DNA from: Promethearchaeota archaeon Loki_b32
GTDB taxonomy: Archaea; Asgardarchaeota; Lokiarchaeia; Sigyniarchaeales; SOKP01
Length of the DNA stretch: 64,000 nt
Direction: 5' to 3'
Assembly (NCBI GenBank): GCA_005223125.1
Contig: NJBH01000012.1
Location: 41,074-105,073, forward strand
Part shown: piece by piece, positions 50,865 through 61,246 of the stretch
Layout: each line of letters starts with the position of its first letter
Numbering within the stretch: the stretch's first letter is position 1
Notes under the pieces: generated by a model
Told to the model about the DNA's origin: nothing
What the model saw: only the letters and a program-made list of their open reading frames with translations
Database searches by the model: none
Made by a program: the position numbers and the translations under genes

Positions 50865-51392
50865 CTAGCTTATTACTCTCCCAAGATCTTTTCTAGCTTT
50901 TTTGGTTTCTTCATTTGTAATATAGAATCCAATAAAATAGGCGATTAAAACAAGACAGAAAAATATTATTGCTGATAAATAAAACCATCGTCCAAATTGC
51001 CCCATAACATCCATGATTATCCATTTCATTAACCACATAGCTGCCCCGCCACCTACGACAAATATGATATCAAATAAGGCATTAAGGAAGGAATCTTTCC
51101 TATTCTCATATTTTAAGCCTAATCTCCATAATATCGTATTTTCTATCAATTCCCAAAATATAGCAACAACAAGAACGAAAATCGATACATAATACCATGG
51201 CATAGCTGCCGGGCCAATTAAAAGTTCCCAAATAGTTATAATTAATGAGAAAATAGCAAAAGCCGCAATTCCAAAGGCAATATGGCCCCAACTATAATAA
51301 TCCCAAGGTGAGCGCCCTACATAGTCTTCAAGAAGTCCGATAAACGGTACATAATGTTTTTTTTCAGAATCTTCACTCGACATATTAAACAC
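50865..51392 (-). CDS. Membrane protein with a putative intramembrane metal-binding motif
   Basis: About 4 TM; D..SWGH...WELIE...DS..N...D pattern as in VanZ/YjdF-like proteins. Confidence 0.6.
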   Translation of the reverse strand: MFNMSSEDSEKKHYVPFIGLLEDYVGRSPWDYYSWGHIAFGIAAFAIFSLIITIWELLIGPAAMPWYYVSIFVLVVAIFWELIENTILWRLGLKYENRKDSFLNALFDIIFVVGGGAAMWLMKWIIMDVMGQFGRWFYLSAIIFFCLVLIAYFIGFYITNEETKKARKDLGRVIS

Positions 51393-51638
51393 AATTTTAC
51401 TTTTTTAAAAAGATTTCTAACGTCTTAATAATATAACAACAGTACATTTAATTAATAAATTTAAGTGATATTATTAGGGGTTAATTTTTTTACATTTTAT
51501 TAAAGATTTGATGTGTGAAATTTACTTATCAAGTCAACTAATTTTTAAAATTTGATTAAATATGTGGAAAATTATACCAGATGATTTAAATATACAATTT
51601 ACTAATTATTAGCTTACAGATCATTTTTTTGATCATTT

Positions 51639-51654
51639 AAAAAAAAAAAAAAAA
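51639..51654 (+). repeat. A16 homopolymer tract upstream of the surface protein gene
   Basis: 16 consecutive A ending 11 nt before the ATG at 51666. Confidence 0.85.
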
Positions 51655-51665
51655 CAGGAAGAAAC

Positions 51666-54600
51666 ATGAAATCAAAAAACAAAAAATTTATTGTTATTTT
51701 AACTATTTCGACATTTTTCTTGTTAAATGCTTTAGCCTTAATTAATGGGCTAGCTAAGACTATAGACGGTAAAGATGCAACCTTTAATCTTGATAAAGAA
51801 GATCCTTTAGGTCCTGAAGGTTATGGCGCAATAATTCCATCTCCTAATACAATGGGTAGAATATCAATTGATGGATCAAATCAAGGGAAGTTCACACTAA
51901 TGGATTGGTTAGGAGGATCAACTGGTTATGAAGAAATAGTAAGCTACTCAGGTGAAGATATTTCTCTTTACTATCCCACATATTTAGATGATTATATCTC
52001 TGATAGTTATACAAAAACCGATATTAATCCATGGTTAGATATTAGTTGGTTAAATATATCTGCATATAATGCTGAGGCTGAAACTTTATCTCCTTTCACT
52101 TTAAATTCTGTGTTTGATTACTACGTTTTAGGAGAGGGAGGTTCTTTAAATGCCCCTGCCAATAATGAACATCCATTACAAATCGATGTTATTGTTAAAA
52201 GTGGAGGTCCTAAAGTGCTTCAATTTGATTGGTTAATGGCTGATCCTACAGCAGCTTCATACGACTACTATTTAATTTCTCCTTCAGGAATTTATATGGA
52301 TACTAATTGTTATGAAGAACCAATAGCACACACAATAAGTTCTGGAACAGAATTGTTCAACATTTTGATATTTACAGCTTCTGAAATAGGTACATATCGT
52401 TTACTTTTTGATGTGGATCACACTGACCCTAGTTCTTTATATTTGGAGTTTTTAGATACCCAGATTTCATCGTTACCTACTGGTACGGTAAAATTTGCGG
52501 GGAATAGTGATGGAATTTTAAGTATTGAAGAAGGAAGTTATGCTGATTGGCAATCACAATGGTTTAGAATTAGCGGTAAAAAAGGAGATCTCTTTACTTT
52601 AGACTTATTTGAAGATTATGCTACAGGTGATGAACCTATTATAGATATCTGGACTCCGTGTGGAAATGGCTACCTTCTCGATTCAGGTAAAGTTATGGGA
52701 AGCCACGAGATTTATTTTCCTAAAAGCGGTGCAGCTTACATATCTTTTACAGATATAATTTTTGGTGATTGGTATAGATATTCATTATTCTTGAGCAAAA
52801 TAGAGACTGTCCAGTATACACTTGGAGAGAACCTAACCACCTTCATGCTTTCAAATGAAGAAAGAAAGGCTATAGAATTTTCACTCCGAGAAGATTCAAT
52901 TGTTCGATTTAATTATACAAGTCTAGCTCCTGAATTTCCAGAGATTTATGCATTTACTGCCGCTAAACGTTTTATTTATCGTGATTCAAGCGAGTTTGAA
53001 TGTTTTGATATTAATATGAGACTCATGGAAAGAACCTTCGGGTCGACTACTTTCTATTACCATTACATGCCCGCAGGAACCTATAGAGCTATAATAAAAA
53101 ATACAGTTGCAGGTGTGGACGGAGTTTTCCAAATTACCTCTAAGGTATATGATTGGGCAGATGAATCAGTTCCCGTAAATAATTTATCTTCTCCATACTT
53201 ATATCCTTCTGAATTAATCACTCTTGAGTTTGGGGCTGATGATTATTTTCCAAGTATCAAAGATCCTATTGGTATTGATATACAACTCCCTGAAATCGGT
53301 CAATTCATATTAAATACGACAATTTGGGCTTCAGATAACCCTGAGACTGCTACAGGCTTTCCTTCATATCTATATATGTATAACTCAACAGGTCCAGCAG
53401 ATTATTATAGTTTTGGTTACCCACAACCTGTATTTTCACTTGACGGTGATTCTACAGTAGGAGATTTCTTATACATCGGATCCCCAACAAGATGGGCAGG
53501 GATGGCATTTGATTTTTCAGTCCTTGGAGCTAGTGGAACAATGGAACCGTATGTTTACAACGGTGGATGGCAGTTAATATCGGAAGATAGCGATGGTACT
53601 AGTGAGCTCACTGCGGATGGTACAATAGAATTTGATATAACCGATTCCGACTTTACGGGATGGGATCTAGGAACTGGAGGTCTTATTATAGATCCTGCCA
53701 TTACTGAGGCTGATTATTATTGGATGAGATTAGAATGTACCGGAGATTACAGTGTTGGAACTGTACCTATTATACAACAATTAACACTACTAAATAATAC
53801 AATCGAAGGAAATGTATTCTTCAGACTCCTTGGAGAGACTGGTTATGAGTACGCTGATTATTTGGGCACTGGAGGTATTACCCAACCAAGTACTGAAACA
53901 GGGTTAGAAGTAAATTTAGATGATGATTTAGGTAGTTCATTTAATTGGGAAGACAGAGATAGTTATATTGTTAGAGGTTCATATCCTTTAATTATTGGAA
54001 TGGAAGAACGAACATACAAATTAATTATCCTTCCAGAATCATGGGATTATGAAGGAACAGTCAGGATTCAATTCGCAATCGAAGATTATTGGGGGTATCA
54101 CCATCAAGAAACTTACGATATTCCTACAATATCCCCTACTCCAAGTCTTCATGCAATCGATATAACAAACTACACTCTTAGTGGCTATTCTAATTTAACT
54201 GGGCCATACAATAATTACGGATTAACGACACAATACGACCATACTGAAACAACTCTAGGATTTGCTGGCGATGTGAGTTATTTTGCTCTACATTGTCATG
54301 GAAATGCTTATCAGTGGACACAATTAATCGTGACTATGCAAGGTGTAAGTAATTATGAACTCTATTTAATACAAGATCTTCCATGGATTACTAACGGTGG
54401 TCCAAATATGGAAGTAGCAACTATTGATACAAATGTTGGTGTCAATAGAACTTTTGAATTTGGTGTCTTTAATGAAGATTTTATTTTGTTATTTCAAGTC
54501 GAGGATGTTGCTGTAGATATCAAGTTTTATATTTCATTAAGCCAGTATGATACCGAAACACTTTTAACACTCGATAAAAAAGCATCTTATACACCACCAA

Positions 54601-54713
54601 TAGATATAATTTTAGTTTTAGCAATTGTTATACCTGCTGCTGTCGGAGGAGCTATCGTTGTAGTATATGTCTTGAAGAAGAAAGGTAAAATTTTAACAAA
54701 ACGTCCATCGTAA
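51666..54713 (+). CDS. Large secreted, C-terminally anchored surface (glyco)protein
   Basis: Basic + hydrophobic signal peptide; acidic beta-rich body; many N-x-S/T sequons (NIS, NLT, NYT, NTT, NST, NRT); C-terminal TM followed by KKKGK tail. Confidence 0.85.
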   Translation: MKSKNKKFIVILTISTFFLLNALALINGLAKTIDGKDATFNLDKEDPLGPEGYGAIIPSPNTMGRISIDGSNQGKFTLMDWLGGSTGYEEIVSYSGEDISLYYPTYLDDYISDSYTKTDINPWLDISWLNISAYNAEAETLSPFTLNSVFDYYVLGEGGSLNAPANNEHPLQIDVIVKSGGPKVLQFDWLMADPTAASYDYYLISPSGIYMDTNCYEEPIAHTISSGTELFNILIFTASEIGTYRLLFDVDHTDPSSLYLEFLDTQISSLPTGTVKFAGNSDGILSIEEGSYADWQSQWFRISGKKGDLFTLDLFEDYATGDEPIIDIWTPCGNGYLLDSGKVMGSHEIYFPKSGAAYISFTDIIFGDWYRYSLFLSKIETVQYTLGENLTTFMLSNEERKAIEFSLREDSIVRFNYTSLAPEFPEIYAFTAAKRFIYRDSSEFECFDINMRLMERTFGSTTFYYHYMPAGTYRAIIKNTVAGVDGVFQITSKVYDWADESVPVNNLSSPYLYPSELITLEFGADDYFPSIKDPIGIDIQLPEIGQFILNTTIWASDNPETATGFPSYLYMYNSTGPADYYSFGYPQPVFSLDGDSTVGDFLYIGSPTRWAGMAFDFSVLGASGTMEPYVYNGGWQLISEDSDGTSELTADGTIEFDITDSDFTGWDLGTGGLIIDPAITEADYYWMRLECTGDYSVGTVPIIQQLTLLNNTIEGNVFFRLLGETGYEYADYLGTGGITQPSTETGLEVNLDDDLGSSFNWEDRDSYIVRGSYPLIIGMEERTYKLIILPESWDYEGTVRIQFAIEDYWGYHHQETYDIPTISPTPSLHAIDITNYTLSGYSNLTGPYNNYGLTTQYDHTETTLGFAGDVSYFALHCHGNAYQWTQLIVTMQGVSNYELYLIQDLPWITNGGPNMEVATIDTNVGVNRTFEFGVFNEDFILLFQVEDVAVDIKFYISLSQYDTETLLTLDKKASYTPPIDIILVLAIVIPAAVGGAIVVVYVLKKKGKILTKRPS

Positions 54714-55673
54714 ATTCGAATAACTAATTATCTCTTTTTTTTATTTTTTTACTTTCTATTATCTTTAAAATTCCAAAGAATTTTATAATTAATAGGCTAT
54801 TAGTTTCAAGATTTTCAAATAATCTTAAAAAAAGGATTGAATTTTTTGTTTTCATTTTATGAATTTATTATACTTACATTAATCCTTGGCATGTTAAAGA
54901 ACCGCTTGTTGGTAGTCTCAAATTTGATTAATGTATTCTTTAGAAATTTATCATAATATTTCTATACATTAGGAACTTTATTCGTCTATTATTATAATAA
55001 TCTTAGTATTGAAATTTAGAAAAGTGAGAAAACTTTAAGTATTTTGCATTATAAATTACAGAGAAATACGTCTCTTGGTTGTTATATTAGCATTTCACCC
55101 TTATTAAGAACTTAATAAAATTGTAAATTATTTTATTAAAACCATGTTGATCAAAACTTTGTTGTAAAATTCGGACTATAATTTTAAAAAAAATTCGTTT
55201 ATTATCCCAAAATTTTATTTTTAAATTTTTTTTTCCATTTAATTCATGGACTATTTTAGCTTTTATCTTTAAAATAAGGATGTAAGAAAGAAGATACAAA
55301 TTTTAAGCATCATTATTGTATCCTTCCAATTATATTTACGGATTAATGGAACAGAACGTTCATAAAATTGAGGTAAGATTTATTAGGATGGGTGACTAAA
55401 TACATATTAGAAAGAAATTTATTTTTTTTCTGGTAGTGGAATGTTTTTTTTTAGGCCATAATATTTATTCCTCCACGAATAAACTAAGATGGCATTCCAT
55501 TACACCCTTTTTTTTATAATTTGTTAACGACCGAGAATTTTAATACTTTTCATCAAATTCATAAAATGAGTTACTTAAATTTCCTAAAAATTAGATTCTA
55601 ATTTCTATGGTTCTTCAAAATTTACTCCAGATTTTAATTTCTTAAATTCCTCGATGAGGAATGGAATAAAAAT

Positions 55674-56873
55674 TTATTGTTCAGATTTTGTTTTTTTTAT
55701 TTCTTCTATTAATGCCGGAATAATTTCATGAAGATCTCCAACTATACCATAATGAGCCCAATTAAAGATTGGTGCATTTGGATCTTTATTTATTGCAACG
55801 ATAATGCCAGAATTTTGCATACCTACAAGATGTTGAATAGCCCCAGAAATTCCGCAAGCAATATACAATTTTGGAGATACAGTTTTACCTGTTTGACCTA
55901 TTTGTCTATCTGGATCTAACCAATTTAATTCAACAGTTATTCTCGACCCTCCCAGTTCAGCGTCCAAAACTTCTGCTAGTTCTTCTATAATTCGAAACTT
56001 TTCTTTGGAGCCGACACCACGCCCACCAGCAACAATAAATTTGGCATCCTCAAGATTCACACTATTCCGAGTTTTACTTATTACTTTTACTATTTTTAAA
56101 ACTGAATCTTTCTCTTTAAATTCGTACTCAAGTTTCCTAATGTTTACATTTTTTTTTACCTTCTCGGGCATTTTGAAAATGCCAGCTCTTACAGTTGCCA
56201 TTTGTGGTCTGCTAGAAGGTGTTCTAATAGTTGCCATAATAGCACCACCATATGTTGGGCGAGTTTGAAGTAGATTTCTAGTTTCAAGATTTATCTCTAA
56301 TCCCGTACAATCTGCAGTTAAACCTGCACTGAGTCTTTTTGCCACTCTTGGAGCAAAATCTCTACCGGTAGGGGTAGCCCCAATTAATATAATTTCAGGT
56401 TTGTTTTCTAACACTAATTCTGTAATTACTTTTGTATATAAATCTGAATAATAATCCTTCAATATCGGGGATTTAATATAGATGATCTCATCCATCCCAT
56501 ATAGGCTAAATTCTTCTAATTTATCATCGAAATCCGTACCCAATATAACAAGAGACAAATTTACTTGTAATAAATCTGCCAATTCTCGTCCTTTACATAG
56601 TAGTTGTAATGATACGTTATGAATTTTTTTTTTGTAATGTTCTGCTACAACCCAAACTCCTTTGAATTGGGAAATATCTATTTTTTGAGCTTTAACGTCA
56701 TCCCGGTCTAATGAAATCGCTTCTTCAGGACAGACCTCTACGCATGCACCACAAAGATTACAGTTTGGTAAAACGAATGCTATATTGTTATCTAATTCAA
56801 TAGCTCCATAGATGCAGCTCTCCATACAGCTAGCGCAACCAGTACATAATTCTTCATCAATTATAATGCTCAA
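55674..56873 (-). CDS. etfA: ETF alpha subunit with N-terminal ferredoxin domain (second copy)
   Basis: CTGCASCMESC, CNLCGACVEVCP, GLTADCT, QTRPTYGG, GISGAIQH. Confidence 0.95.
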   Translation of the reverse strand: MSIIIDEELCTGCASCMESCIYGAIELDNNIAFVLPNCNLCGACVEVCPEEAISLDRDDVKAQKIDISQFKGVWVVAEHYKKKIHNVSLQLLCKGRELADLLQVNLSLVILGTDFDDKLEEFSLYGMDEIIYIKSPILKDYYSDLYTKVITELVLENKPEIILIGATPTGRDFAPRVAKRLSAGLTADCTGLEINLETRNLLQTRPTYGGAIMATIRTPSSRPQMATVRAGIFKMPEKVKKNVNIRKLEYEFKEKDSVLKIVKVISKTRNSVNLEDAKFIVAGGRGVGSKEKFRIIEELAEVLDAELGGSRITVELNWLDPDRQIGQTGKTVSPKLYIACGISGAIQHLVGMQNSGIIVAINKDPNAPIFNWAHYGIVGDLHEIIPALIEEIKKTKSEQ

Positions 56874-56886
56874 ATGAATAGTCCTC

Positions 56887-57693
56887 TTAGAAAATTTTGT
56901 CCTCTTTTAAATGTTGACATAACTTTTGAACTACTTCTTCATTGGACCCTACTAACATGATGGGGTTTACCCTTCTTTTAGGAATGAAAATTTTCCTAAC
57001 TTCAGTCATAGAACCATTTAAACCAATTTTAGATTTGTCTGCATTTAATGTATTGGAATCAAGATATGTTAGTCTTGCTTTTTCATAGGCTTTCATAATT
57101 CCCGCTATACTAGGATATCTAGGTTTATTTATATCATTTAATACAGAAATTAAAGCTGGTAGTTGTGTTTCAATGATGACAATCTCTGTAGCTCTAAATT
57201 TTCGTTCTGCAACAATTTTGTCTTCACTCAATTCGATATTCAGTACATACGTTATTTGCGGAATTCCTAATTCTTCTGCTAATTCTGGAGGTACTTGTCC
57301 AGTATCTCCATCTATTGCTTGTGCACCACAAATTATAAGATATTTTTCTTCAGAATTAGATTCTTTTAATATCTTTTTAATAGCTAAACTAAGAGTGTGG
57401 GATGTAGCTAACGTATCTGCCCCCGCAAAAGCTCTATCGGTTAATAATACTCCCTTATCTACACCCATGGCTAAAACTTCACGTAATATTTCTTCTGCTT
57501 GAGGGGGTCCCATGCTCAAAGCTATAACTTCCAATTTATGCTTTTCCTTCAACATTAAAGCTAATTCAATAGCATTTCGATCATTAGGATTAATTATAGA
57601 CAAAACACCTTCTCTTACAAGTGTATTTGTGTTTGGGTCGATTTTTACCTCTGAAACTCCCGGGACTTGTTTAATACACACAAAAATTTTCAA
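56887..57693 (-). CDS. etfB: ETF beta subunit (second copy)
   Basis: VCIKQVP, GADTLATS, QAIDGDTGQV. Confidence 0.95.
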   Translation of the reverse strand: MKIFVCIKQVPGVSEVKIDPNTNTLVREGVLSIINPNDRNAIELALMLKEKHKLEVIALSMGPPQAEEILREVLAMGVDKGVLLTDRAFAGADTLATSHTLSLAIKKILKESNSEEKYLIICGAQAIDGDTGQVPPELAEELGIPQITYVLNIELSEDKIVAERKFRATEIVIIETQLPALISVLNDINKPRYPSIAGIMKAYEKARLTYLDSNTLNADKSKIGLNGSMTEVRKIFIPKRRVNPIMLVGSNEEVVQKLCQHLKEDKIF

Positions 57694-57819
57694 TCCGAAA
57701 TCACTACCTTATTAGTTCAACTCAAAAATCATATAACTTCTTTTAAAACGAATAAAAAATTCTAGCAAAATAAATTTTCCGATAACAAAATAAAAAATTA
57801 TGAAAATATTTAATTTTTG

Positions 57820-60800
57820 TTATTCATCATGTTTTAAAATTCCTATTTTAATTAAATGATTAACCATTATTGTTATAGTTCTTCTATCAAATGGGACGTG
57901 CGGATCTTTTGATAATAGAGTAATATTTGTTTTTTCTTTATTAATATAATTCTCAATTAATATCTTGTTTAAGAAGATTAGATTATTTAAATACTGATAA
58001 GTTGGTTGATTATATTTAGGACTGTTAAGAAGCCAAGTCATTATTATTAAATCTTGATTTTCGAATTCTTGTTTTAATAGCTTAATCATTTTGGTCTCAG
58101 AAATTTTATTTTTATATTCCATTAAGATTCTACAGATTATTTCATTAAGAAGATTACGCAACTCATTTGGAAAGACACGGATCTGATTATCCTCATTTAT
58201 TCCAATTCTCATTTTTGGGTTCTCATTTAGCCATTTTTGATAATCAAGATTTTTTTCTTCAAAAAATTTTTTTAGATGTGTTGTAATTGTCTGTCTATGT
58301 GGTATGTTAACTACTCCTTGATCTATCAAATATTCAACAATTCTAAGTGTAGATCTAAGTTTTTCATATAAAACCTTTAAACGTTCAGCCCTAGATTTAT
58401 CATACATATATTTCTCGAGCTCTAAGACTTTTGAAATCGTTTTGTTGATTAAATCGATATCTATACTAATACCTAATGTTTTTTCGCATGTATTTTTTAA
58501 AAATAAAGCACTTTTCTTTGAATAATTAAATACTTTTTTGTTATTTTGCTTTAACCATGATTTTATTTTATTGCGTATTATTTGCTGTTCAGATTCAGAA
58601 GAATTTAGGTAAATTAATTTTGAAGCGATCCAAATTCGCCTTAAAGGTTCTTTTAATTTCTCAGGTTTGCAGATTTGGAAAAACCTTACAATAGAATCTT
58701 TTTTTGCTATATCAACTCTCCAAGCAAATCTCTTTTCATCATATCTAATTGTTGGCGATGGTATTATATCTAATGCCAAACTCATTCTATAGAAATCCTC
58801 AACTAATGTTTTAGAGCAATTTTGAAATGATAATCGTATGGCTCTTTTATTATCTATATTTATGCTGCCATCAGTATCAAATAAGCCTTTTAAACACCTA
58901 ATAATGAAAGATTTATTTTTGAATATAAGATCAGGAACTCCTACTTGATTTTTTACTTTATTTCCAACTTTTAAACCTAAATTTACCAGAGTTTTAATAA
59001 TTAATTTACTATATACTCTTAGACTAATTCCTTTCCCTTTATGTTTGCTTATCTTAATTTCTCTATTAAGTAGAGTTTCCATTAAAATTTTTACATAGGA
59101 CACGTATTTAGGGTCATCTATGCGATTTAATGATATATCTAATTGATTTTGATAATTTTTAGAAAACAAATTACCATCTCCTAGCAGAATACCTATTAGT
59201 TCTGAAGTTAAATCATTTTCTCCTAAATTTAAAACTAGATCTGTAGTATTTAAAAAATTTTGTATCATAAGTTTCTTAACTGCTAAATCAAAATCCCAAC
59301 CCCATTTAATATATTTTTGTGTGTTTTGTCTAAAATCATTTCCTAATAAAGAAATCAAATCTTCTGTTGGAAGTTTGCTCAATACCGATATAAGCTGCTC
59401 CTTATCATCCTCATCAAGCTTATCTTTTTTGATAGTCTTAAGGATTAATGATTTTTCATTTAGTCTCAAGGTTGCATTCTTATATAAATTCTCCTTTAAA
59501 ATCTCCTTCCAATTTTCTTTAGCTTGCTCTCTCGAAACTCTTTCTATGTTAGAATTTTCAATTTTTTTGAGTTTTTTTAATTTTTGAGCAAGATATTTGA
59601 CAAATTTTACTCGTTCATCTTGAATACGGTATTCAAACCAACCAATATTGTTATTATAGAAATTTCTAAATGTACGTAAGTTGTCAAAGAGATCATCCTG
59701 TATTTCATTCAGATCTTTAATTAATTCTTCAATTTCCCGTATTTTTTTTTCTGATAAAATCTCCTTTCCTAATAATTGGTTTAATCTTCTGACAACTTTT
59801 CTAAATTCTCGATATTTTCTAATTTTCTCAATAAGTTCTTTTCTAATCTCTTTAGGAATCTCTTTCTCATCAGCCTCATTTATCCATGTTTCTAATAAGT
59901 TTTCCCAATCTTCAATAGGTTCTTCTTTCTCCTCAGTTTCTTGATCTTTTTGTTTTTCCTGTTCTGATTTTACGTTTGATTTTAGCCATTCATCAAATCC
60001 TTTAGTTATTTTCTCTTTGTATAAAGGTCTTTTTCCAGTTTCCAGATAGTATCTATTTTTAAGTTCATCGGGAATTTTCTGCTCACAATCTTTTTCATCT
60101 TTTGGTTTGCCTTGTTGCTCTTCATTTTTTACTTTATTAAGTTCATTTTCTTGATTTTCCTTTTTCAATAGTTTCTTTTCAATCTCTTTTTTAGTTTCTT
60201 TTTCTTTTTCTTGGCTTTTTAATTCTGGTTTTAGCAAAAGAATAGTACTTTGATCAGATCTTTGTCTATTAATACTTTTATTATCTGATCCAGAATCTTT
60301 TTTTTGAATATGTGTTTTTTTTGTCTTTCTTGGCATTTTTTTCTCAATCCTTTTTTGTTCTCTTCTATTTACTGTAGCGGTCGTGCCCTCAAATGATTTT
60401 TTATCACTATAACTTGAAGAAAAGTTGTCAGCCATGACTAAGGTTCGATTCCCCTTTTGAATTGTTTCCGAGTAAGATTCAGTTGTACTTTCATCAATGC
60501 TTTCATAGTTTTTCTCTTGTTTAGATTCCTGTTCTGGAGAACTAATGGGTTCTTGTTCTGGTTCCTCAATAGGTTGATTTTCAGGTTCTATAGGTTCAAA
60601 AGTACCTTCAGGGACTTCAATTTCTGGAATTTCACCACCTGCTAATTCTTCTGGTGATGCCCACTCTGGCACGATTTCTGGATCAGGCTCTTCTATTGGT
60701 TCCTCAAGGGGTTGACTTTCAGGTTCTTCTATTGGTTCAAAAGTATCTTCAGGAACATCTATTCCAGGGATTTCACCTCCCGCTAATTCCTCTGGTGATG

Positions 60801-61203
60801 CCCATTCTGGTACGATTTCTGGATCTGGTTCTTGATCTGGTTCCTCAGTAGGTTCATTTTCTGGTTGTTGCTCAGCGGGGGATAAGTCTGTTTCTGTTCC
60901 TTCTCTACCAATATTAGATTCAAAATCATTTTCATTATCACTATCAGAGGATTGGCTTTCTGGTGTAAAACTATCATTTTGCCAATCATAATCTTCATTT
61001 GGATCGAAATTATCTTCCCAATTATAATCTTCATCTGGATCGAAATTATCTTCCCAATTATAGTCTTCATCCGGATCATAGTCACTCCCCCAATCGTAAT
61101 CCTCATCAGGATCAAATTCTCCATCATCAAATTCTTCATCTGGATCAGTATCTGGATTATGTTCGGGCTCATCCTCATCGTATTCATCACCGGATTCACT
61201 AAT
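57820..61203 (-). CDS. ~1127-aa protein: acidic tandem-repeat N-terminus, helical linker, double-motif LAGLIDADG endonuclease, HTH-like C-terminus
   Basis: Frame is open 177 codons upstream of the track's GTG (60672) to ATT at 61203, 7 nt after GAGGAG; LAGLIDADG motifs ELIGILLGDG and CLKGLFDTDG. Confidence 0.75.
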   Translation of the reverse strand: MSESGDEYDEDEPEHNPDTDPDEEFDDGEFDPDEDYDWGSDYDPDEDYNWEDNFDPDEDYNWEDNFDPNEDYDWQNDSFTPESQSSDSDNENDFESNIGREGTETDLSPAEQQPENEPTEEPDQEPDPEIVPEWASPEELAGGEIPGIDVPEDTFEPIEEPESQPLEEPIEEPDPEIVPEWASPEELAGGEIPEIEVPEGTFEPIEPENQPIEEPEQEPISSPEQESKQEKNYESIDESTTESYSETIQKGNRTLVMADNFSSSYSDKKSFEGTTATVNRREQKRIEKKMPRKTKKTHIQKKDSGSDNKSINRQRSDQSTILLLKPELKSQEKEKETKKEIEKKLLKKENQENELNKVKNEEQQGKPKDEKDCEQKIPDELKNRYYLETGKRPLYKEKITKGFDEWLKSNVKSEQEKQKDQETEEKEEPIEDWENLLETWINEADEKEIPKEIRKELIEKIRKYREFRKVVRRLNQLLGKEILSEKKIREIEELIKDLNEIQDDLFDNLRTFRNFYNNNIGWFEYRIQDERVKFVKYLAQKLKKLKKIENSNIERVSREQAKENWKEILKENLYKNATLRLNEKSLILKTIKKDKLDEDDKEQLISVLSKLPTEDLISLLGNDFRQNTQKYIKWGWDFDLAVKKLMIQNFLNTTDLVLNLGENDLTSELIGILLGDGNLFSKNYQNQLDISLNRIDDPKYVSYVKILMETLLNREIKISKHKGKGISLRVYSKLIIKTLVNLGLKVGNKVKNQVGVPDLIFKNKSFIIRCLKGLFDTDGSINIDNKRAIRLSFQNCSKTLVEDFYRMSLALDIIPSPTIRYDEKRFAWRVDIAKKDSIVRFFQICKPEKLKEPLRRIWIASKLIYLNSSESEQQIIRNKIKSWLKQNNKKVFNYSKKSALFLKNTCEKTLGISIDIDLINKTISKVLELEKYMYDKSRAERLKVLYEKLRSTLRIVEYLIDQGVVNIPHRQTITTHLKKFFEEKNLDYQKWLNENPKMRIGINEDNQIRVFPNELRNLLNEIICRILMEYKNKISETKMIKLLKQEFENQDLIIMTWLLNSPKYNQPTYQYLNNLIFLNKILIENYINKEKTNITLLSKDPHVPFDRRTITIMVNHLIKIGILKHDE
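60548..60831 (-). repeat. 141-bp coding repeat x2 (47 aa, EPDPEIVPEWASPEELAGGEIP...)
   Basis: VPEWASPEELAGGEIP starts at both 60813 and 60672. Confidence 0.9.
60973..61116 (-). repeat. 36-bp coding tandem repeat x4 ([FY]DP[DN]EDY[DN]Wxxx)
   Basis: FDPDEDYDWGSD/YDPDEDYNWEDN/FDPDEDYNWEDN/FDPNEDYDWQND. Confidence 0.9.
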
Positions 61204-61246
61204 AGATAATCTCCTCTAAGATTATAATTATAAGAGTAATTTTTAT

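Noticed and set aside
2207-59944. Numerous 60-110 aa ORFs antisense to or nested in long genes (e.g. 2207, 3563, 13089, 15315, 17299, 21003, 24847, 25931, 32488, 39874, 56005, 59321)
   Set aside because: Shadow ORFs of well-supported genes with no motifs of their own
60973-61116. CRISPR array (36-bp periodicity)
   Set aside because: Units are contiguous with no unique spacers, stay in frame, and no cas genes are present
57820-61203. Intein- or intron-encoded homing endonuclease
   Set aside because: No N-terminal C/S splicing block, no His-Asn terminal block, and no interrupted host gene or rRNA flanks the LAGLIDADG region
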